A stretch of DNA of 57,156 nt from Alphaproteobacteria bacterium (GTDB taxonomy: Bacteria > Pseudomonadota > Alphaproteobacteria > RF32 > CAG-239): assembly GCA_017471705.1 (NCBI GenBank), contig JAFUSH010000012.1, positions 1-57,156 on the forward strand, given 5' to 3'. Under the pieces are notes generated by a model. That model did not search any database, was not told where the DNA came from, and saw only the letters and a list, made by a program, of their open reading frames with translations. Positions 20,240-30,527 of the stretch are shown one piece after another. Within the stretch, counting starts at the first letter, position 1. Each line of letters opens with the position of its first letter. The position numbers and the translations under genes were made by a program.

Positions 20240-21561
20240 CCAAATCAATAGTTCTTATTCTTCTGCTGTTTGTCGGTTTATACCTTAAACCGGCAAATGC
20301 GGAAGGGTTAACCTTGATTTCTGATGCGGAAACCCAAAACTATCTGGCTAAAATCGTAAAACCGTTATTCGATGCGGCAGGGGTGCGGTTTAATGCCAAC
20401 AATATTTTTATCGTTAATGACAATTCCCTGAACGCTTTTGTCAGTGACGGAAACTACCTGTTTGTACATACCGGAACCATTGTGCAGGCGGAAAATACCA
20501 ATGAATTGGCCGGTATTTTGGCGCACGAAACCGGACACATTTTAGGCGGACATATCGTACGCTTAAAACTAAAAATGGAAAAAATGCAATATGTAATGTT
20601 AGGCTCGGTTTTAGCCGCAGGAGCCGCCGCCGTTTCCACCGGCAGAGGCGATGCTGCTATGGCGGTTATTTTAGGTTCGCAAACTTCGGCATTAAACAGC
20701 ATTTTGCATTATCAGGTTCAGGAAGAACGCAGCGCCGACGAAAGCGCCATAAAACTTTTGAACAAGACTAAGCAATCAACCAACGGCTTGCTGAGTTTTA
20801 TGAAAAAAATCAAAAAACAAAATACTTTAAGCGGAATTGAAGAAAATTCATACTTCCGCACCCACCCGCTGACATCTGAGCGTATTTCGCATTTCGAAGA
20901 TGCCAGCAAAGGAAACAGTTATAGTGAAAAAAATACTTATGACAACGAATTTTTACTGGTGAAAGCCAAGCTGACGGCCTTCTTATCAGATAAAAATAAA
21001 ACAATGCGTTTGTATCCGAACTCCGATAATTCGGCTCCGTCCAGATATGCCCGCAGTATTACGGCGTTCAAACAGGGAAAAATCTCTCAAGCTTTGAATT
21101 TGATTGAAGGTTTGATTTCGGAACAGCCTGATAATCCTTATTTTTATGAGCTGAAAGGACAGTTCCTGTTTGAAAGCGGGAAGGTAAAAGAAAGTGTCGG
21201 TTCCTACCAAAAGGCTTTAAATATGTTGCCTGATAATTATTTATTGCAAATAAGTTTGGCACATTCTTTGTTGGAAAGCGGTGAAAATACGCAAAATGTG
21301 CAAAAAGCCGTCACTTTATTGCAAAAATCACTGATTACTTATAACAGTTCTATGGCTTGGCAATTGCTCTCTCAGGCTTATGACAGAGCCGGCAAACGAG
21401 CAGCTGCGCATTATGCCACCGCCGAGTTTAATTATATGATAGGGAATCCGGAAACAGCTCTTAAACAGTTAGAATTTGCCGATAAAAATTCTCCGGATAA
21501 ATCGCTGCAGCTTAAAATAAACGATTTAAAACAAAAAATTAAAGATGATGAGGATGAATAA
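20215..21561 (+). CDS. bepA: M48 family periplasmic metalloprotease with TPRs (BepA/YfgC-like)
   Basis: Signal peptide, LNAF, HETGH zinc motif, QEERSAD, THP, C-terminal TPRs. Confidence 0.85.
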   Translation: MVEQIVRITKSIVLILLLFVGLYLKPANAEGLTLISDAETQNYLAKIVKPLFDAAGVRFNANNIFIVNDNSLNAFVSDGNYLFVHTGTIVQAENTNELAGILAHETGHILGGHIVRLKLKMEKMQYVMLGSVLAAGAAAVSTGRGDAAMAVILGSQTSALNSILHYQVQEERSADESAIKLLNKTKQSTNGLLSFMKKIKKQNTLSGIEENSYFRTHPLTSERISHFEDASKGNSYSEKNTYDNEFLLVKAKLTAFLSDKNKTMRLYPNSDNSAPSRYARSITAFKQGKISQALNLIEGLISEQPDNPYFYELKGQFLFESGKVKESVGSYQKALNMLPDNYLLQISLAHSLLESGENTQNVQKAVTLLQKSLITYNSSMAWQLLSQAYDRAGKRAAAHYATAEFNYMIGNPETALKQLEFADKNSPDKSLQLKINDLKQKIKDDEDE

Positions 21562-22085
21562 TGAGTGAGCAAAGCATAAAAAATTCTATCAGAAACATTC
21601 CGGATTTTCCCAAAAAAGGAATCCAGTTCAAAGACATTACCACCGCATTAAAAAATGCCGAAGTATTGAAAGAAATCTTGGATACTTGCGCCGAGCACTA
21701 CCGTGGTAAAAAAATCGACTATGTAGTCGGTATAGAATCACGCGGATTTATATTCGGAACCGCCCTTGCCTATATTTTGAACTGCGGATTCATTCCGATA
21801 CGCAAACCGGGGAAATTACCGGCTGATGTAATAGCTCAGGAATATGCGTTGGAGTACGGAACCGATTGTATAGAAATGCACGCTGACGCCCTAAGCAAAG
21901 GCGATAAAGTATTGATTGTCGACGACTTGCTTGCCACCGGCGGCACCGCTAAAGCGGCAGCCGATTTGGTGAGAAAGCTGGAAGCCGAAATCGCCGGATT
22001 TGCTTTTGTAATCGAGCTTAACGATTTGCACGGCAGAGATAGGCTTGCATCAATTGCCGATGTTTATTCGGTAGTGCAATATTAA
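21561..22085 (+). CDS. apt: Adenine phosphoribosyltransferase
   Basis: IPDFPKKGIQFKDIT, GIESRGF, YALEYG, VDDLLATGGT. Confidence 0.97.
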   Translation: MSEQSIKNSIRNIPDFPKKGIQFKDITTALKNAEVLKEILDTCAEHYRGKKIDYVVGIESRGFIFGTALAYILNCGFIPIRKPGKLPADVIAQEYALEYGTDCIEMHADALSKGDKVLIVDDLLATGGTAKAAADLVRKLEAEIAGFAFVIELNDLHGRDRLASIADVYSVVQY

Positions 22086-24118
22086 ATCGCACCGGTAGTA
22101 AATAACTTGAAATATTTATAAACCGACCCTTGCGGTGATGACCAACTGAAATCGTCAGCCATTGCCCGACACTGCATTTTGTGCAAAACATCGGGAGCCG
22201 CATAATAGCAACGCAAGGCTTTTTCAAGCGCATCTTCATAAGCATTCAGATTGTTTTTTAACCTCTGCGCCATCAGATTGGTGCCGTAAATTTTTTCACC
22301 GCCGGCAAAAAATGCTTCGGTTCTGAAACCGTCAATTCCATCCTCAATGGTATCAACCAAACCGCCGGTAGAAGTGGCAATCGGTAATGTTCCTTTAGCC
22401 ATTGCCTCCATCTGTGTTAATCCGCACGGCTCAAAATACGACGGCATCATATAAAAATCGGCAGCAAGCTGCACGCAATACGCAAACTGGTCTTTATATC
22501 CCCTGAACACAAATATGCGTTTGGCAAAATCGCGGAAAATCTGTTTCGCGTTATCTTTTAATGTCATTAAATCGCTGTATAAATCTTTATTTCCGGCTCC
22601 GCCCAGAATAAATATCGGAAAACTGTCCGGCGAATTTTTATAGCGGTCTATAATATGCAATATAGCATTAATCGCCACATCATAACCCTTTTGTTCCACC
22701 ATACGGCTGGTCATACAAATAATCGGCAATCTTTCGGCATCGGCGAGTAAATCGGCAACATCATCGAATTTATACAGGTCAATCAGCGGAATCACCTGCT
22801 CCTTGTATTTTTCATCGGTTGCCAAGCGTGACAGTAATTTGATACATTCCTTTTTATTATGCAATTTAGCGCTCAAATTATTTTCATCATAAAATTTAAA
22901 ATCGGTAATTTTGAAAAACTGATTTATCTCGGCTATTTTTTGGGCATTCGGTGAAATCAAGCGTTTTTCGTAACCGTTGACTATGCCGTAAAAATTGCGG
23001 TAATTTTTGCGTATTTTCAGAATATCCCTGAAATCGAAACCGAAACTTTTCTCACTGGAAACCTCTTCCATATAATTTTTGGACACCGTAATAATTCTAT
23101 CAGCCAAATGCATATTTGCCGAAGCCTGATTATACGTATCGTCAACAATCAAAGTATTTACCGTGCGCGGATTGCTGTTTTTAACCGCCTTGGCATTTTT
23201 CAGCACCAAAGTCGCCAAATCACCGTACAATGAATTAAGTATGCGTGAGGTATTGTCATAATCCCATCCCTGATACCCCATATGGTGAGCAATGTGTATA
23301 ATCGGAATATTGCGGATTTTATCAGCGATACTCATATCCATTCTGCCTGCATAAACTTTGGCTAAAGTCAGATACTTCGTAAGCCCCGATAAAGCTCCGC
23401 TGTGCCAATCATTAGCGATTAGAATATTCGGCATTGTTATGTTTTTATCGGGATTTAAAGCCAAGCTCTCAATCATACAATATACTGTTTTGGAAAAGAA
23501 CGCAAATTTTTCGACTTCATCAACCTCATTAACGTTACGCACGTAACATCCGGTTTGCCCCGACGGATTTTTCGCCGACGGATTTATGCTGAAAAAACGG
23601 TCGTTACGCAAAAAATAATAAGTAACTCCGTTTAATTCACCGCAATAAACGTCAACGGCGAAATCACGAATTTTGGTTTTACCGGCAAATGCCACCTTCA
23701 ATGTTTTTATTTTTTTTACCTTAACCGATTTACTTTCCGCTCCGGTATACACGCCGTCATCTAACTCAGCCTTTTTCTTGCCGGTATCGCCCAAATACAT
23801 CGGAGTAATAATTGATATACTATGCTTTCCTGAAGCAAAAACAGTATTAAAATTCTCCGGCAATTCCGAAGCCACCATTCCCAAACCGCCGCACTTCATA
23901 AAAGTTGCCGTTTCAGCGCTTATCATCCACGCACTAATTTGTTTGATTTCAGGCCACTCTTTATTGCTTAAGCATTGCCGCTTTGACATATTCTGCATTT
24001 TTATGAGGAGTTCATTATGAGGAACACCGTAGTTTACCAAAAATTTCTTCTTATTAAAATTATTCGGTAAATATTCAAAAACTTTGTCACTTCCCGCACC
24101 GATTACAACAGCACACAT
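22082..24118 (-). CDS. glgA: Glycogen/starch synthase-like GT5 glycosyltransferase
   Basis: KCGGLG (KxGGL), NDWH, GIVNG, SRMVEQKG, PSYFEPCGLTQMEAM, TGGLVDTI. Confidence 0.85.
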   Translation of the reverse strand: MCAVVIGAGSDKVFEYLPNNFNKKKFLVNYGVPHNELLIKMQNMSKRQCLSNKEWPEIKQISAWMISAETATFMKCGGLGMVASELPENFNTVFASGKHSISIITPMYLGDTGKKKAELDDGVYTGAESKSVKVKKIKTLKVAFAGKTKIRDFAVDVYCGELNGVTYYFLRNDRFFSINPSAKNPSGQTGCYVRNVNEVDEVEKFAFFSKTVYCMIESLALNPDKNITMPNILIANDWHSGALSGLTKYLTLAKVYAGRMDMSIADKIRNIPIIHIAHHMGYQGWDYDNTSRILNSLYGDLATLVLKNAKAVKNSNPRTVNTLIVDDTYNQASANMHLADRIITVSKNYMEEVSSEKSFGFDFRDILKIRKNYRNFYGIVNGYEKRLISPNAQKIAEINQFFKITDFKFYDENNLSAKLHNKKECIKLLSRLATDEKYKEQVIPLIDLYKFDDVADLLADAERLPIICMTSRMVEQKGYDVAINAILHIIDRYKNSPDSFPIFILGGAGNKDLYSDLMTLKDNAKQIFRDFAKRIFVFRGYKDQFAYCVQLAADFYMMPSYFEPCGLTQMEAMAKGTLPIATSTGGLVDTIEDGIDGFRTEAFFAGGEKIYGTNLMAQRLKNNLNAYEDALEKALRCYYAAPDVLHKMQCRAMADDFSWSSPQGSVYKYFKLFTTGAI

Positions 24119-24266
24119 TCATTTTCTCCACAATAAAATACATTATAGGCGTATTATAGCGCGTTTATTTATAACCTTCAACAAAAAACTACTCTTGACT
24201 TGTTAAAGATTACTTACTAAATTCTAATTAAGCTATAAAATAATATTACAAATTAAAGAGGCAATA

Positions 24267-24836
24267 ATGAACGAGCAAAAAAAATACGAAAATGAAAAAA
24301 AAGAGGAAAAAGCATTAAATCCCGAAGAAAAAGTCGAAAATAAAGTTTCCGAAACTCCGGTTGAAGGTAACGATGAACTGCAAACATTGAAGGAAGAAAA
24401 TGCCAAATTAAAGGACTCTTTTTTAAGGGCCTATGCCGAAGCGGAAAACACCAAAAAACGTTGTCAGCAGGAAATTGAAAAAATATCCAAATATGCAATT
24501 TCGGAATTTGCCAAAGAACTTTTGGGAGTGGCCGATAATCTGCAACGTGCAATGACCTCGGCAAAAGATACCGATAACGAACAGTGCAAAGCTTTACTGC
24601 AAGGCGTGGAAATGACTCAGAAAGAATTGACCAAAGTTTTTGGCAAATTCGGTATCAAAAAAATTGATTGCTTAGATACGGTTTTCGACCCAAACCTTGA
24701 AAGAGTTGTGCAAGAAATAGAAGATAAAGAAAAACCTGCCGGCACGGTGATTGCCGAACTGCAATCGGCATATACCATTAATGACCGTATTTTACGTGAA
24801 GCAATGGTTGTGGTAACCAAAGGCGGTAAAAAATAA
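24267..24836 (+). CDS. grpE: Nucleotide exchange factor GrpE
   Basis: LRAYAEAENTKKR, DNLQRA, FDPN, RILREAMVVV. Confidence 0.95.
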   Translation: MNEQKKYENEKKEEKALNPEEKVENKVSETPVEGNDELQTLKEENAKLKDSFLRAYAEAENTKKRCQQEIEKISKYAISEFAKELLGVADNLQRAMTSAKDTDNEQCKALLQGVEMTQKELTKVFGKFGIKKIDCLDTVFDPNLERVVQEIEDKEKPAGTVIAELQSAYTINDRILREAMVVVTKGGKK

Positions 24837-24858
24837 TCATTTTCAAAAACAATAATTT

Positions 24859-24886
24859 AAGCACTCATCTTTGTGAGTGCTTTTTT
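24859..24886 (+). terminator. Intrinsic terminator after grpE
   Basis: AAGCACTCA-tctttg-TGAGTGCTT followed by TTTT. Confidence 0.8.
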
Positions 24887-24944
24887 GTTGCATATCTTGC
24901 AAATTGTTGTTTCAATATTAAAAATAATCATTATAATCACGCTT

Positions 24945-26060
24945 ATGAAAATATTAAGTAAATATATTACGAAGCAAATCTTTATCGGCTTTTTGCTGAT
25001 TGCGTTTTCTTTGCTGGCAATGTTATGGCTTACCCAATCGCTCAAATTTGTTGAAATGGTAACCAGACAAGGATTGCCGGTTTATTTGTTTACCGAAATG
25101 ACATCTCTTTTAATGCCGCGTATTTTCAACGTATTGTCACCGATAGCCGTATTTGTTTCTGTACTGTTCGTATATAATCGCCTAATCAGCGACCGTGAGT
25201 TGGTAGTTATGCAGTCGGCGGGCATAAAGCCGAGCGAAAGTGCCGTACCGGCTTTAATTGTCGGTATGTTAATATCCGTTTTTAACATATACATTATGAA
25301 TTGGGCAATTCCGCAGGCGGAGAGCCATTTCCGCGAATTAGAGTGGAGAGTTAAAAATAATATTACTCAAATGATTTTCCGTGAAGGAGAATTTACACCG
25401 CTAAAAAACGGTATAACCATTTTTATCGATAAACACGAAGACGACGGTTCGGTTTCGGGAATATTCGTAAGCGACGAAAGCAAGCCCAATTTGAAAGTTA
25501 CGCTAACTGCGGAAAAAGGACGTTTAATTCAAACACCAAACGGACCGCGCATTCTGTTTATCAACGGAGTTCGGCAAGAGATAGACAAGACAAACTACAA
25601 ATTTAATTCTTTGGCGTTTTCACGATACTCCGCCGAGTTTAATAATGCCGGAGGCGCACAAAAAAAGGCTGAATCGGTGCGTGAAAAAAATATTATTGAA
25701 CTGCTTAATTCGGCAAATGATTCAACTTTGACACCCCAAGATGTGCGTAAAAATATTGTTGAGGGACATCGGCGTATTATTTATCCGTTCTACAATTTAG
25801 TATTTGCATTGCTTGCCTGCACTGGGTTATTGATAAGTTCTTTCAATCGCCGCGGTCAAGTTAGGGTAATCGCATCGGAAGTATTTTTTATGATACTCAT
25901 AAGCGGAGCTGACTTGGCGTTGACTAACTTGGCGGGGAAAACTTTGTTTATTCTTCCGTTGTTGTATATGAACTGCATTGTACCGTTATCAGCGTGTTTC
26001 TACCTGCTGTACTTTTATAATCCGTTTTATTTTCATCATCGAAAAATGTTAAGGTCATAA
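24945..26060 (+). CDS. lptF: LPS export permease, LptF/LptG family
   Basis: MKILSKYI start, RLISDRELVVMQSAG motif, 6 TM, first gene of the lptD operon. Confidence 0.85.
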   Translation: MKILSKYITKQIFIGFLLIAFSLLAMLWLTQSLKFVEMVTRQGLPVYLFTEMTSLLMPRIFNVLSPIAVFVSVLFVYNRLISDRELVVMQSAGIKPSESAVPALIVGMLISVFNIYIMNWAIPQAESHFRELEWRVKNNITQMIFREGEFTPLKNGITIFIDKHEDDGSVSGIFVSDESKPNLKVTLTAEKGRLIQTPNGPRILFINGVRQEIDKTNYKFNSLAFSRYSAEFNNAGGAQKKAESVREKNIIELLNSANDSTLTPQDVRKNIVEGHRRIIYPFYNLVFALLACTGLLISSFNRRGQVRVIASEVFFMILISGADLALTNLAGKTLFILPLLYMNCIVPLSACFYLLYFYNPFYFHHRKMLRS

Positions 26061-26062
26061 AA

Positions 26063-28348
26063 ATGAAGTTTGATTTATCTAAAATATTGTTTACATCTGT
26101 TTTGGCAACGTTGTTTGCTTATCAGGCTTTTGCCGTCGAGGAAGCCGGAGAAATTCAAAGAAAAGAAAATAAAACTCCGCAAACTGGTATGTTTGTTACA
26201 AACAATATTACCGATTTTAATTTTGGAGATAATGCGGAAAATTCGGAGCAAGATGTCGTAGAACCGATTGATTTCAGCGCCGATGAAATGATTAATGATG
26301 AAAAATCGGCAACTGTCACCGCAATCGGAAATGTTGAAATAAAATATAATAATATGCGATTGGTAACCGATAAGTTAGTATACAATCAGGAAAAAGATAC
26401 CATCATTGCCAGCGGAAAGACTTATCTTTATACGCCGGACGGCGCAGTAATAAAATCAACTCACGTAAATTTAGCCGATAATATGTCAGTCGGCGATATG
26501 TATAATATTAAAGCACTGTTAAAAGATAAATCCACGGTTACGGCAGAAAGATTCAGACGAAAAGATAATCATACAAAAGTTTTAAGTTATGCCACTTATA
26601 CCGCTTGCGATATCTGCGAAGGAAAATTTCCGTTATGGCAAGTCAATGCCCGCAAAGTTCAACATAACGAAAATACTAAAAATGTAAACTATAATGATGC
26701 CTTTGTTTATATTAAAGGCGTTCCGGTTTTCTATACTCCTTTTCTGACACATCCTGATCCTACCGTAAAACGCCGCTCCGGTTTTTTACAACCTACAATG
26801 GGTAGCTCAAGTTTTCTGAAAGCATACTTGCAGCCGCGCTATTTTTGGGCAGTAGATGACCAAACAAATGTCTTATTCGCCCCGATACTGTCATCGGATA
26901 AAGGGCTTATTTTAGACGGCAGTTACTCGCATTATTTCTACAATGCTTATACTTCAATCAGCGGTTCATATCTTAATGACAATGATAAAAACTGGCCGGA
27001 AAACCGCGGTAATATTTTTGCCGAGGGACGCTATGATATAAATGATTTATGGCGTATGAAATATGATTGGAAATACGTTTCGGATTATATATATTTAAAA
27101 GAAATGAATTTACCTTACAATGACAATGCGTGGCTGGATTCAAACATCGGCTTTGAGAGATTCTCCGGACGCGATTATGTTTCGGTTGATGCTTATTATT
27201 ATAAAATGCTGAGTTATAACTTACGCCGCAGAAACATCAGACAATATCGCTCGATTAACAATCGTAAACCAACCGTTGTACCGTTGATTGATTCTGAATT
27301 TTATACATCTCCGAGTTCAATCGGTTCTTATTTCAAGAACAAGTTAAATACTGCATCGATATATCATAAAAACGGTGCAAGTTCACAAAGGGTAACCGCC
27401 ATAAATTCGTGGGAGTTGCCATATACCAGCAGGTTTGGTGAAAAGTATCGTTTTGTGGCTTCTTTAAAATCCGATGCTTATTACATAAATAAGTATTCCC
27501 GCTTGAACAATGATGATACTTATACCGGAACCACCACAAGATTTTTCCCGCAAGCCGGTATTGAATGGCGTTTGCCGTTTGTAAGAGCGACCAAACACAC
27601 AAGACAAATAGTTGAACCGGTTGTTGTTGGGGTGGCAGCGCCAAACGGCGGTAACAAAGAAGATAAAATTCCGAATGAAGACAGCGAAGACGCCTATTTT
27701 GATGATACCAACGTGCTTGATTTAGACAGATATGCAGGATATGACCGTAATGATACGGGAAGCCGTATCAGCTATGGTTTGCGTTGGAGTTCTTATGGTG
27801 ATATATTCGGCAGAACATCGGCATTTATCGCACAATCTTACGAACAAAGACGTAACTCATACTTTATGAACGCTTTGGATAGTCAAAAACGCTCTCATTC
27901 AAGTGACTATGTAGGTCGAATCAACGCGGAGCCGAATAAGTATTTGGATCTTAACTATCGTTTCAGATTAGACAGAGAAACTCTTGATGCCAAATACAGC
28001 GAATTGAAAGCAGGCTTGGGACCTTCTTTCTTACGTTTTAATGTTTCATATATTTTCTTGGAAGGCAATACCCATTATAACGACAGATATTCTCAACGTA
28101 AAGAGCTGTATACATCGGTCAAAGCAAAGCTGACGCAATTTTGGTCGGTAAGAATATACAACTTGCAAGATATGACACCGAAAAGCCGCGGTTCTTTGGA
28201 ACACGGTGGAAGTGTCATATACGAAGATGAGTGTTTTAAGGTTGATTCAACGGTTAAAAAATACAACAGCAGTAATCCGGATTTGGATAATGATTATGAA
28301 TTCGGTATAACCTTTTTCTTGAAGACCATAGGTAGTGTAGGTTCTTAA
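26063..28348 (+). CDS. lptD: LPS assembly outer membrane protein LptD
   Basis: YTACDIC, PVFYTP, KRRSGFL, NEDS, Y-x-DEC near the C-terminus. Confidence 0.94.
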   Translation: MKFDLSKILFTSVLATLFAYQAFAVEEAGEIQRKENKTPQTGMFVTNNITDFNFGDNAENSEQDVVEPIDFSADEMINDEKSATVTAIGNVEIKYNNMRLVTDKLVYNQEKDTIIASGKTYLYTPDGAVIKSTHVNLADNMSVGDMYNIKALLKDKSTVTAERFRRKDNHTKVLSYATYTACDICEGKFPLWQVNARKVQHNENTKNVNYNDAFVYIKGVPVFYTPFLTHPDPTVKRRSGFLQPTMGSSSFLKAYLQPRYFWAVDDQTNVLFAPILSSDKGLILDGSYSHYFYNAYTSISGSYLNDNDKNWPENRGNIFAEGRYDINDLWRMKYDWKYVSDYIYLKEMNLPYNDNAWLDSNIGFERFSGRDYVSVDAYYYKMLSYNLRRRNIRQYRSINNRKPTVVPLIDSEFYTSPSSIGSYFKNKLNTASIYHKNGASSQRVTAINSWELPYTSRFGEKYRFVASLKSDAYYINKYSRLNNDDTYTGTTTRFFPQAGIEWRLPFVRATKHTRQIVEPVVVGVAAPNGGNKEDKIPNEDSEDAYFDDTNVLDLDRYAGYDRNDTGSRISYGLRWSSYGDIFGRTSAFIAQSYEQRRNSYFMNALDSQKRSHSSDYVGRINAEPNKYLDLNYRFRLDRETLDAKYSELKAGLGPSFLRFNVSYIFLEGNTHYNDRYSQRKELYTSVKAKLTQFWSVRIYNLQDMTPKSRGSLEHGGSVIYEDECFKVDSTVKKYNSSNPDLDNDYEFGITFFLKTIGSVGS

Positions 28349-28365
28349 AATAACAAGGAGATAAA

Positions 28366-29544
28366 ATGAAGAAATTTATATTCTTTTTCACCGCTTTTTT
28401 ACTATCTGCGCAATCGGTCGCGGCAGCCGATATTGACTTGCAGGAAATAGATGCAGCTTCGCGTATGGAGAAACCGAATTCCAATTCTATAATGTTTCGC
28501 CGGAATGCGGAAATGTATCAACAATTAACCGATGAACAGAAAAAAGAGATAGACAGGCAAAGAGAAGAAGCTCGCAAGCAAATGGAAGAGTATGAACGAA
28601 AGAAAGCCGAATATGAAGCCCAAATGAAGGCGCAGCAGGAAGCCGAGCGCAAAAGAGCAGAAGAACTCAAACCTATCACTCTATACGGAAACAGCCTTAA
28701 AATATACGCATTGGTTAACGGTGAAATAATCACCAGCAATGATATGCAAAGCCGTATAAATGCCTTTATTATGACTACCGGTATTCCGTATAATGCCAAA
28801 ACTAAGTCTATGATAATAAACAAGGTATTACAGGCCGCGATTGATGAAAAACTGAAAATTCAGGAAGCAAAGAAAAATAAAATTATCGTTACTCCTCAAG
28901 AAATAAAGGCAGCGGTGCGCGAATTTGAAAAATCAAACGGAATGAATGCCGGTCAGCTGAAAACCATATTGGAAAAATCCAAAGTAAGTATGAATGTTTG
29001 GACTAAACAAATAGAGGCGGATATAGCTTGGAAAAAATTGATTGCCAGCAAAGGACACGGTCGTGTCAGCGTGGGAGAAAATGAAATAAAACGCGCTTTT
29101 GATGATATTAAAAAAGATATGAAAACACAAAAATATATGGTATCAGAAATCGTTATAAATAAAAAAGATGCCAAAGATATAAACGGTTTGGTTGAAGTAT
29201 TGCGCCAAGACCCGCGTTTTGAATTATACGCAATGCAATTTTCACAAAGCCCCAGTGCCGCTAACGGCGGAAGGCTCGGTTGGGTAACCGAAGGCAAACT
29301 TCCGGCAGTTTTGGAGAGCGCCCTTGTCAAATTAAAAGAAGGAAGCGTATCAAGCCCGATTGCTTACGGAAATGATTTTTATATTTTCAAAATGGAGAAG
29401 ATATTTAATCCGAAAACAGATGCTCAATCGCTTCCGGATCGCAAGCAAGTTAAAAACTACTTGGAAAATAAAAAATTGGAAGAATTTGCCGATAAATATA
29501 TCAAAGATTTGCGTAATCGTGCGCTGATTGAAAAGAAGATATAA
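28366..29544 (+). CDS. surA: SurA-type periplasmic chaperone/PPIase
   Basis: Signal peptide, ALVNGEIIT, FSQSPSAANGGRLGW rotamase motif, YIKDLRNRALIE. Confidence 0.85.
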   Translation: MKKFIFFFTAFLLSAQSVAAADIDLQEIDAASRMEKPNSNSIMFRRNAEMYQQLTDEQKKEIDRQREEARKQMEEYERKKAEYEAQMKAQQEAERKRAEELKPITLYGNSLKIYALVNGEIITSNDMQSRINAFIMTTGIPYNAKTKSMIINKVLQAAIDEKLKIQEAKKNKIIVTPQEIKAAVREFEKSNGMNAGQLKTILEKSKVSMNVWTKQIEADIAWKKLIASKGHGRVSVGENEIKRAFDDIKKDMKTQKYMVSEIVINKKDAKDINGLVEVLRQDPRFELYAMQFSQSPSAANGGRLGWVTEGKLPAVLESALVKLKEGSVSSPIAYGNDFYIFKMEKIFNPKTDAQSLPDRKQVKNYLENKKLEEFADKYIKDLRNRALIEKKI

Positions 29545-30374
29545 TGGCAGAAATATTGAGTTTGCGTGATACCGTTGAAAAATACGGTTTATTGGCCAAA
29601 AAATCCTTAGGACAGAATTTTTTGTTGGATACGAATATTACCGATAAAATTATTCGTACCTCTCTTGAGGCTCAAAACAAAGAGAATTTCAGCGGTCAGT
29701 GCGTATATGAAATCGGTCCGGGACCGGGAGGTCTGACCAGAGCGATTTTAAAAGCCAATCCGGAAAAGCTAACCGTTATAGAAATGGATAGCAGATGCAT
29801 TCAAATAATGAATGAACTTAAGGATAAATACGGAAATACACTGCAAATCATTGAAGGTGACGCTTTAAAGTATTCGTTTGACGAAGCAAGCAATTTACCC
29901 AAAAATATTGTCAGTAATTTACCTTATAACATATCCGTTCCGCTGTTATTAAATTGGCTTAAGAATGCCGAACAGTTCAACAGTTTAACCTTAATGTTTC
30001 AAAAAGAAGTAGCAGAACGTATAACGGCAAAACCCGATAATAAAAATTACGGACGAATTTCGGTTATGGCGCAGCTGACCTGTAAAATCAAAACATTATT
30101 CAACTTAAATCCCAGTTGTTTTGTTCCGGCTCCGAAAATCTGGTCAACCGTGCTTTTATTTCAACCTTTATCTCAGATACCGGATTGCAAAACTCTGTGT
30201 AAAGTGGAAAAATTAACCGAACTTGCTTTCGGACAACGCCGTAAAATGCTCCGACAAAGTTTGAAAAGTATTCCCGATTTAATAAATATCTGCGAAAAAG
30301 CGGAAATTGATACTACCGCAAGAGCAGAGAACTTAACTCCGCAACAGTACTTAATTTTGGCGAATTTGATATAG
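29544..30374 (+). CDS. rsmA: 16S rRNA dimethyladenosine transferase
   Basis: KKSLGQNFL, EIGPGPGGLT, NLPYNI, FGQRRKML. Confidence 0.97.
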   Translation: MAEILSLRDTVEKYGLLAKKSLGQNFLLDTNITDKIIRTSLEAQNKENFSGQCVYEIGPGPGGLTRAILKANPEKLTVIEMDSRCIQIMNELKDKYGNTLQIIEGDALKYSFDEASNLPKNIVSNLPYNISVPLLLNWLKNAEQFNSLTLMFQKEVAERITAKPDNKNYGRISVMAQLTCKIKTLFNLNPSCFVPAPKIWSTVLLFQPLSQIPDCKTLCKVEKLTELAFGQRRKMLRQSLKSIPDLINICEKAEIDTTARAENLTPQQYLILANLI

Positions 30375-30459
30375 GTACTTCTCGCCATATTACTCTCGTT
30401 TGATTAATAAATTGTTACTATTTCAACATTTTTTGACCTTTTAGCTAAAAATAAATTAT

Positions 30460-30488
30460 TTGCAATAACTCTTATTTTATGCTAGGAT
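30460..30488 (+). promoter_or_regulatory. Putative sigma70 promoter of the autotransporter gene
   Basis: TTGCAA-17 bp-TAGGAT with extended TG; AAGGAG RBS follows. Confidence 0.5.
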
Positions 30489-30527
30489 TCCTGCGTATAT
30501 GTGTAATGTTTATTAAGGAGTTTTGCT

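Noticed and set aside
24858-24883. CIRCE-like inverted repeat next to grpE (GCACTC...GAGTGC)
   Set aside because: The spacer is 8 nt rather than 9, the flanks differ from TTAGCACTC/GAGTGCTAA, and it lies downstream of grpE before a T-run, so it fits a terminator better.
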